A stretch of DNA of 5,148 nucleotides from Promethearchaeota archaeon (lineage in GTDB: Archaea > Asgardarchaeota > Thorarchaeia > Thorarchaeales > Thorarchaeaceae): assembly GCA_027031765.1 (NCBI GenBank), contig JALVPN010000222.1:13058-18205 (forward strand), written 5' to 3'. Below are positions 1 to 5,148 of this stretch, piece by piece. The position numbers and the translations under genes were made by a program. Each line of letters begins with the position of its first letter. The first letter of the stretch is position 1. The notes beneath the pieces were generated by a model, which was not told where the DNA came from, did not search any database, and saw only the letters and a program-made list of their open reading frames with translations.

Positions 1-336
<336 letters not shown>

Positions 337-534
337 CTACCGGCCCCCCGTTGTCAACCCCATGAGAAATACTCTCCGGAAGCAACCGGCGACAGACGGG
401 GTCTCCCAGTGCGGGACACTGTACTCGTTGCTGGTATGTGCATACAGGGGACGGATGGGTGGACGCATTGACGCACGGCACACAGCCGGGCCACTGAACG
501 TGTGCTGCTGTCGTGTCGTGGTCAGGGCGGCGGC

Positions 535-876
535 TCACATCCAGCAGTCGAGAGCGCGGCAGTCGACCACCATGTCTATGAGGTCTTCGTAGTCCACCAC
601 ACGGATTGCCCTGGTCACGCTGTCGGGTCGTAGGCCGCGCGCAAGGAGGTCGGCACGGAGCACGTACACATGCGCACCAAGACCGACGAGCTCGCGTAGG
701 CCGGGGGCCATGTGGTCGGCCGGTGTCACACCGACAACCGCGTCGTGGAGGAGTGCGACTGCAACAGAGTAGCCCGCGCTCACCTGCATTGCTGTGAGCT
801 CACCGAGCCTGTAGAGTTTGGTGGTTGTCCTGGGACTGAAACCGAACAGGTAGAGGATGTCGTATCGCACTGTCAT
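535..876 (-). CDS. dsrH (tusB-like): DsrH/TusB-family sulfur relay protein
   Basis: 113 aa with LLHDAV, VYVLRADLLARGL and VVDYEDLIDMV motifs typical of DsrH/TusB. Last gene of the tusA-dsrEFH cluster, with a GGTGG RBS upstream. Confidence 0.88.
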   Translation of the reverse strand: MTVRYDILYLFGFSPRTTTKLYRLGELTAMQVSAGYSVAVALLHDAVVGVTPADHMAPGLRELVGLGAHVYVLRADLLARGLRPDSVTRAIRVVDYEDLIDMVVDCRALDCWM

Positions 877-888
877 CGACCACCACTA

Positions 889-1254
889 CTACATGTGTAC
901 CGTGAGCGTGTATTCCCTGATCATACTTGCCAACTCCCTGCGTGGGATGACCGAGAGGGCAGGGTAGTCCAGCAGGTCGTCGGGACTGAGGCCACGCTCT
1001 TTCAGGGCCTCTTCTATGACGAACAGTGGCACCTCGACGAGTTCCAGTAGCTCCAGCGGCTCTGCCAGTGTGTCGACACCCAGCTCGGACACGTCGGTGT
1101 CACGCACGAGGAAGTACACTGCGTCCTCGTCCAGCACCATGCCACACGGTATGGTGGGCCCCAGTGCAGCAAGGCCTGCCGCAATGCGGGCCGCCTCGGC
1201 CGTCACGTTCGTGCCGTGGGGCGGCTTGTCACAGACAATCAGTACAGACTCCAC
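889..1254 (-). CDS. dsrF (tusC-like): DsrF/TusC-family sulfur relay protein
   Basis: 121 aa, GTG start. N-terminal 'VLIVCDKPPHGT...AEAARIAAGLAA', 'DEDAVYFL' and 'EEALKERGL' match the DsrE/F fold. It lies between the dsrE and dsrH homologs, 4 nt after the dsrE stop, and ends in a tandem TAG TAG. Confidence 0.88.
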   Translation of the reverse strand: MESVLIVCDKPPHGTNVTAEAARIAAGLAALGPTIPCGMVLDEDAVYFLVRDTDVSELGVDTLAEPLELLELVEVPLFVIEEALKERGLSPDDLLDYPALSVIPRRELASMIREYTLTVHM

Positions 1255-1258
1255 GTCC

Positions 1259-1627
1259 TCACACCCCCGGACCGAAGACCACCACCTTGTCGGCCTCCAC
1301 AGCGATTTCCGTGAGGGTACCCAGTCCCTCCTCCCGGGCCTCTGTCATCCGCTGCTCCTCGCCCATCCCATCAGCCCGCATCCACGTCGTGCAGCCCACG
1401 AGCATCACACCGTCTGCTGCCAGCTGTTCCCGGATGCGGTCGACAAGGTTCCGCACGTTCGCGCCAGGGTCAATCCTCCGCTGTAGGGCATAGACCCCCG
1501 AACCAAAGAAGAACACCCCGAGCACCTCGTGTCCCCGCGCCTTGGCCGCACGCACCATGTTCAGGAGGGTATCAATAGCCTCGAACTTGTAGGGTTCTGT
1601 CTGTACGACGAATGCCAGCTTTGCCAT
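1259..1627 (-). CDS. dsrE (tusD-like): DsrE/TusD-family sulfurtransferase subunit
   Basis: 122 aa with 'LAFVVQTEPY', 'AAKARGHEVLGVFFFGSGVY', a single Cys at the DsrE/TusD active-site position (LVGCTTW) and C-terminal 'GLGTLTEIAVEADKVVVF'. Confidence 0.93.
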   Translation of the reverse strand: MAKLAFVVQTEPYKFEAIDTLLNMVRAAKARGHEVLGVFFFGSGVYALQRRIDPGANVRNLVDRIREQLAADGVMLVGCTTWMRADGMGEEQRMTEAREEGLGTLTEIAVEADKVVVFGPGV

Positions 1628-1644
1628 CGCTCACAACCCCGGAG

Positions 1645-1694
1645 TACTTCGCTTCACTCCACTTCACTCCACTTCACTCCACTTCACTTCACTT
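1645..1694. repeat. Pentanucleotide tandem repeat (CACTY)n on plus / (RAGTG)n on minus, 10 units, between tusA and dsrE
   Basis: Plus strand reads tactt cgctt cactc cactt cactc cactt cactc cactt cactt cactt. It includes a 10-bp higher-order unit (cactccactt x3) and overlaps the tusA stop codon at 1689-1691. Confidence 0.95.
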
Positions 1695-1919
1695 GACACA
1701 CTCGAAGTACAGGCTCCACTCGCCATCGTCTTCCTCGGTGGCGATGAACCTGTGCTTCGTCCGTGCAATCTCCCGTTTCACAGAGTCCACAGCAGGCGGG
1801 TGGTCAACGATTACCTTGAGCACCTGTCCCGGAGCCATCTTCATCAGCGCCTTCTTCGTGCGGATGGCAGGGAACGGGCACACCTGCCCCCGAACGTCAA
1901 GTTCCTGGTCGTATTCCAT
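1689..1919 (-). CDS. tusA: TusA/SirA-family sulfurtransferase
   Basis: 76 aa with the hallmark 'LDVRGQVCPFP' (CPxP) motif, followed by 'KKALMKMAPGQVLKVIVDHP'. Confidence 0.96.
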   Translation of the reverse strand: MEYDQELDVRGQVCPFPAIRTKKALMKMAPGQVLKVIVDHPPAVDSVKREIARTKHRFIATEEDDGEWSLYFECVK

Positions 1920-1924
1920 GAATA

Positions 1925-1934
1925 CTCACACCCC
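1925..1934 (-). promoter_or_regulatory. Ribosome-binding site of tusA (GGGGTGTGAG)
   Basis: It lies 5 nt upstream of the tusA ATG. The same motif precedes dsrF (1258-1267) and, with one extra T, dsrE (1630-1640). Confidence 0.65.
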
Positions 1935-2003
1935 ATCAGGGTCCAGCATGTAGGAACCCCTGCACAACCTACGTATAGAAGTTGTTGTCAGACAGTGTAG
2001 GGG

Positions 2004-2018
2004 GTTTCAGGCTGAAAC
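2004..2018. promoter_or_regulatory. Perfect 15-bp odd palindrome GTTTCAG-G-CTGAAAC, candidate operator upstream of the tusA-dsrEFH operon
   Basis: The 7-bp arms are exact reverse complements. A 1-nt centre cannot form a hairpin loop, so the geometry suits a dimeric DNA-binding protein. It lies about 85-100 nt upstream of tusA. Confidence 0.4.
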
Positions 2019-2112
2019 GTGCAGTCCCGGAGGGGGCGCGGCGGGGGTGGTAGGATGCAGCGCCCATGCCCCCAGCGCTGCACCACACCGCACACGGATG
2101 ACAGGTCGACCA

Positions 2113-3021
2113 CTAGGAGGGCACACTGACCATGATGTCGTCCAATGTCACGCGGCCATCTCTAGACAGTGAGCCAGCACCGAAGGCAACAACGAGCACG
2201 GCCGCGATTGTCAGCACGACCACCAGCGCTGCGATAACAGGAGGGGCAGCCCCCACGTCGACCAGTACGATAGTGCCGATGGCATTCCCCGCAGCATGGT
2301 ACAACGATGCGACCATGAGGTTGCCATTGGAGTTGTTGTACAGCCACGCATAGACCACCGAGCTGGCCAGGATGATTGCGAAGAACTGTGGGAACCCGCC
2401 GTATACGCGCGCCATGTCGCTGTCCCTGACCATGAAGTGTGGCAGGTGCCATGCGGCCCACACTGCGCCTACAGCCAGTCCGGAGACAAGGGCGCTGTGT
2501 CGTCCCTGCAAGGCCGGCAGAGCAATGCCACGCCAGCCGACCTCCTCCCACACGTTCATGAACCACATGCCGATGAGCACGAGCGGCACCGCGACGATGT
2601 TCGCCCTGAGGATGTTGTACGGCACCCCCATTGCCGTTGCGAGGGCCGCTTCCACGTAGAACATGCACACAGGTATGACGACTGCGGCCACGAACGTCAC
2701 TCTCGTGGCCGGCCTCTTGAATGCGTCAAAGAGGCCACGGGAACGCTCGCCATAGTAGTGTCTGGCAACGAGGACCGCGGCAACTGTCGGTGAGATGCCG
2801 CCCGCCAGCACTGAGAGGTACGCGACCCCTGCGGGGAGCAGTCCGTAGGACTCGAAGACCCACGGCGCGAAGAGGACATAGCCGATGCCCAACACAGCGA
2901 GCGAGTATGCTAGGAAGACCCTGACCGGAGTCGCTCCCGTCGGGCTGTTGTCCCGAGGGGTGACCGGTCCGTCCTGCGGTACGCCACTGCCGGGTCCGCG
3001 CTGAGCACTCTCTTGTGTCAT
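2113..3021 (-). CDS. CPBP-family intramembrane glutamic endopeptidase (CAAX protease/Rce1/Abi-like)
   Basis: 302 aa with multiple hydrophobic helices and all catalytic motifs present: EEVGWRG, WAAWHLP and LYHAAGN. About 30 aa of Pro/Gly-rich N-terminal extension. Confidence 0.95.
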   Translation of the reverse strand: MTQESAQRGPGSGVPQDGPVTPRDNSPTGATPVRVFLAYSLAVLGIGYVLFAPWVFESYGLLPAGVAYLSVLAGGISPTVAAVLVARHYYGERSRGLFDAFKRPATRVTFVAAVVIPVCMFYVEAALATAMGVPYNILRANIVAVPLVLIGMWFMNVWEEVGWRGIALPALQGRHSALVSGLAVGAVWAAWHLPHFMVRDSDMARVYGGFPQFFAIILASSVVYAWLYNNSNGNLMVASLYHAAGNAIGTIVLVDVGAAPPVIAALVVVLTIAAVLVVAFGAGSLSRDGRVTLDDIMVSVPS

Positions 3022-3042
3022 ACGGCGGGGGGCGCGGGATCC

Positions 3043-3059
3043 AATAATTAGGCTTTCGA
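3043..3059 (-). promoter_or_regulatory. Putative archaeal BRE + TATA box of the CPBP protease gene (probably a leaderless transcript)
   Basis: The minus strand reads TCGAAAGCC-TAATTATT-ggatcccgcgccccccgccgt-ATG. This is an AT island in GC-rich DNA, with the TATA-like 8-mer ending 21 nt before the ATG, a purine-rich BRE-like element upstream and no RBS before the ATG. Confidence 0.55.
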
Positions 3060-3224
3060 CAACTGATGGTACCGGACAGGGCCTGCGCGATGACTGCCGA
3101 TGGGGGCCGGCAGCAATATTAGGCGAGTAGGAGCTACATACCAGTGGTGCTGTGCACGCCTATGTCGGCCGTACGTGGGACAGGTCATCCGGCACGGGCC
3201 TTTCAGTACTGCAACAGAAAAGTC

Positions 3225-3230
3225 GAGGAG
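3225..3230 (+). promoter_or_regulatory. Shine-Dalgarno site of the beta-propeller gene
   Basis: GAGGAG lies 5 nt upstream of ATG 3236. Confidence 0.75.
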
Positions 3231-3235
3231 TAGTC

Positions 3236-5148
3236 ATGTTTGTGAGAACTATCTGGTCCCGTGCCCTGGCAGTGGCTGTGATGCTGGTGCTCCTCCTTGT
3301 GCCTACGACAATGGTCAGTGGTACAATGAACCGTCACACAGAGGACGTAGTCGCTCCGGCCCAGGACTCCTTCGGGACAGTGTTGTCAATTCAGGCGGAC
3401 AGCGGCATCGAGTCGCCCCCTGCGATAGCGGACATGGACGGTGACAGTGACATGGACATCGTGTTTGTGACTCTGGACAGTCACGTCACTGTCCTGGACG
3501 GCAAGACGCTCGGGCCGGTGTGGTCGGTATACCTCGGTACCGGGCTGGCATTGGGCCCAACCCTTGTGGACGCTGACAACGACGGCCTGCCGGACGTCGC
3601 CGTTGCTGCCACAGCAATCAACGGTCTGTGGATGCTGGATGGCAAGACCGGTGGCCCGATATGGCACATTCTCCTTGAGGGCGAGATCTTCGCAGTCCCC
3701 GTGGTCTGCGACCTCAACGGTGACCAGGTCACAGACATTGCCGTCGGCACACATGGGGGCATGCTCTACGTTGTGGACGCCCGTACCGGGACACTCCACT
3801 GGTCACTACGGACTGAGGGGGGCCTCTGTTCGGCAGCTGCAGTGGGCGACCTTGACGGTGACGGCGACAAAGACATCGTAATAACTGACGAAAGCAAACA
3901 CATCTTCGCACTGGACGGGCCGACCGGGCACGAGCTGTGGACATTCATGGGGCTGCCCGTGTCATTCTCTGTGCCGGCACTCGCAGACCTCGACGGAAAC
4001 GGTGGACTGGACGTAGTTGTGGGCAGTGTTGCACAGACCGTGCTCGCCATTGACGGGGACACAGGGACAACGTTGTGGACATACAGTGCCGAGGCACCGC
4101 TCGATGCATCGCCTGCGCTGGCTGACATGGACGGTGACGGTCGTGTGGATGTTGTGGTGGGCGACAGCGACGGCTGGGTCTACGTGTTGAGGGGGCATGA
4201 TGGGGCAGTGCTAACGCGGGCCCAAGTCGGCGGGCCTTTCTGGGGGTCACCGGGACTCGTCGACCTCGACGACGATATGTTGCCAGACATCGTCTTGGGC
4301 AGCAGAGACAACACAGTGTATGGTGTCAGTGGCAGGACAGGAGAGCTGCTCGGGTCTGTAGAGACGGGAAACGAGGTGCGCTCGTCACCGGCGATTGCCG
4401 ACATCGATGCTGACGGTACGGTCGAGGTCGTAATAGGTAGCAACGACCAGTCGCTCTACGTGATTGACACAGAGAGCACACTGCCTGCGTTCTGGCAGGG
4501 TGGGAGTGGTGCGTACAACTTCTCACGGACCCGGGACATCACCATGATAGACCCTGACGGCGACATGTTGTCAGACCCGCAGGAAGTCCATCTGGGCACA
4601 GACCCCCACGACCCAGACACAGATGGCGATGGGATGCCTGATGGTTGGGAGCTGTTGAAAGGGTTCAACCCCATCGATGCTGCTGACGGTACTGGCGACC
4701 TTGACGGCGACGGACTGACAAATGCCGACGAGTACAGGAGCGGCGCACTGCCGGACGTTGCAGACAGCGATGGTGACCTGCTCAGCGACGGCATCGAGAA
4801 GGCCCTGGGTCTAAACCCCGCATTTGTGATAGATGGCATTGCTCTCTGGGCGGTATCCGTGGTCATAGTGCTGGGCGCCATCGTTTCCGTTGGGAGTTCC
4901 GAGAGGCTCGCACGCAGGAAAAGACCATGGCTCACTGAAACAGAGCCCGACGGCACACCGGACTCGCCACAGCACATGCTCAAGTGGATTGAGGAACAGG
5001 AGGCGCTCGCGCAGAGGCTTGCTGCGGAGGGGCAGAGGAAGAAGGCCCGGAAAGTGCTCGGACGCGTGAGAGAGGCCATCGAAAGTCATTCTTGGAAACT
5101 CAGGGAGCTCGGCATCGACACGTACAGGGAGGTACGAAAGCGGGTCTT
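3236..5148 (+). CDS. Single-pass membrane surface protein: signal peptide + 8 FG-GAP-like/PQQ-like Ca-binding beta-propeller repeats + 4 DxDGD (TSP3_bac-like) repeats + TM helix + cytoplasmic tail; 3' end outside the window
   Basis: Hand translation from ATG 3236 (GAGGAG RBS at 3225-3230) stays open to base 5148 (637 codons, no stop). It begins MFVRTIWSRALAVAVMLVLLLVPTTMVSG (signal peptide). Blades have the form SPAxADxDGDGxxDxVVGSxDxxxYxxDGxTGxxxW. They are followed by DPDGDMLSD, DTDGDGMPDGWE, DLDGDGLTNADE and DSDGDLLSDGIE, then the TM helix GIALWAVSVVIVLGAIVSVG, the basic stretch RLARRKR and a helical tail. Confidence 0.95.
   Translation, partial: MFVRTIWSRALAVAVMLVLLLVPTTMVSGTMNRHTEDVVAPAQDSFGTVLSIQADSGIESPPAIADMDGDSDMDIVFVTLDSHVTVLDGKTLGPVWSVYLGTGLALGPTLVDADNDGLPDVAVAATAINGLWMLDGKTGGPIWHILLEGEIFAVPVVCDLNGDQVTDIAVGTHGGMLYVVDARTGTLHWSLRTEGGLCSAAAVGDLDGDGDKDIVITDESKHIFALDGPTGHELWTFMGLPVSFSVPALADLDGNGGLDVVVGSVAQTVLAIDGDTGTTLWTYSAEAPLDASPALADMDGDGRVDVVVGDSDGWVYVLRGHDGAVLTRAQVGGPFWGSPGLVDLDDDMLPDIVLGSRDNTVYGVSGRTGELLGSVETGNEVRSSPAIADIDADGTVEVVIGSNDQSLYVIDTESTLPAFWQGGSGAYNFSRTRDITMIDPDGDMLSDPQEVHLGTDPHDPDTDGDGMPDGWELLKGFNPIDAADGTGDLDGDGLTNADEYRSGALPDVADSDGDLLSDGIEKALGLNPAFVIDGIALWAVSVVIVLGAIVSVGSSERLARRKRPWLTETEPDGTPDSPQHMLKWIEEQEALAQRLAAEGQRKKARKVLGRVREAIESHSWKLRELGIDTYREVRKRV
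3410..4468 (+). repeat. Eight intragenic protein repeats (beta-propeller blades), 46-47 aa period
   Basis: The first Asp codon of each DxD/NxDG loop falls at 3431, 3569, 3710, 3848, 3986, 4124, 4262 and 4400, giving spacings of 138, 141, 138, 138, 138, 138 and 138 nt. Confidence 0.93.
4550..4819 (+). repeat. Four DxDGDGxxDxxE...GxxP Ca-binding repeats (bacterial/archaeal thrombospondin type 3-like)
   Basis: DPDGDMLSDPQEVHLGTDPHDP / DTDGDGMPDGWELLKGFNPIDAADGTG / DLDGDGLTNADEYRSGALPDVA / DSDGDLLSDGIEKALGLNP. Confidence 0.9.

Noticed and set aside
364-505. Short palindromes in the dsrH-M20 spacer (GAGA-aatac-TCTC 364-376, CAGTG-cggga-CACTG 407-421, GTATG-tg-CATAC 434-445, GCACAC...GTGTGC 478-505)
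   Set aside because: The arms are only 4-6 bp, there is no shared consensus and no U-tract, so they cannot be told apart from chance.
1645-1694. Pentamer array as a CRISPR remnant, or as a TGA read-through/selenocysteine fusion of tusA to dsrE
   Set aside because: There are no spacers and the unit is far too short for CRISPR. dsrE is out of frame with tusA (61-nt gap) and a second in-frame TGA follows.
2032-3037. 10-bp direct repeat GGGGGCGCGG at 2032-2041 and 3028-3037 flanking the CPBP gene (possible target-site duplication)
   Set aside because: A low-complexity GC 10-mer is expected by chance in this composition. There is no transposase, integrase or terminal inverted repeat.
3100-3444. 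114-aa plus-strand ORF spanning the divergent spacer
   Set aside because: It overlaps the start of the propeller gene out of frame, has no RBS and has shadow-like composition.
3410-4468. Calling the propeller a PQQ-dependent dehydrogenase, BamB or a true integrin alpha
   Set aside because: There is no lipobox, no catalytic features of quinoproteins, no literal FG...GAP motif, no thigh/calf Ig domains and no GFFKR tail motif. Only the blade-level motifs are shared.
3386-5089. Minus-strand ORFs 3386-3799, 3481-3762, 3729-3944, 3766-4128, 3945-4250, 3962-4198, 4180-4443, 4326-4526, 4456-5079, 4811-5089 and plus-strand 3564-3881
   Set aside because: They are antisense or off-frame shadows of the long plus-strand gene. 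The Ser/Pro/Thr-rich text is the reverse complement of GAC/GGC-rich codons.

Overview
A GC-rich, gene-dense prokaryotic window, probably archaeal. That assignment rests on a BRE/TATA-like promoter with a leaderless-type start, GGGGTG/GAGGAG ribosome-binding sites and the protein types; an Asgard-type host is possible but unproven. The minus strand carries, from right to left, a CPBP (Rce1/Abi-like) intramembrane glutamic endopeptidase (3021-2113), a compact four-gene sulfur-relay operon tusA-dsrE(tusD)-dsrF(tusC)-dsrH(tusB) (1919-535), and the 5' part of an M20-family metallopeptidase (333 to the window edge). The plus strand carries one large ORF from 3236 that runs off the window (>637 aa). 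It encodes a signal peptide, eight very regular 46-aa Ca-binding beta-propeller repeats, four DxDGD 'bacterial TSP3-like' repeats, one transmembrane helix and a helical cytoplasmic tail, so it looks like a single-pass surface receptor or adhesin. The M20 gene and the large plus-strand gene are absent from the supplied ORF track because they cross the window edges; I translated them by hand. Most other ORFs in the track are antisense or off-frame shadows. Non-coding oddities are a (RAGTG)n pentamer array starting in the tusA stop codon, a shared GGGGT(T)GTGAG motif before three operon genes, a palindrome-rich tusA promoter region and a duplicated TATA-like motif in the divergent promoter. All protein families are known; any novelty lies in the architecture and gene context and remains hypothesis.
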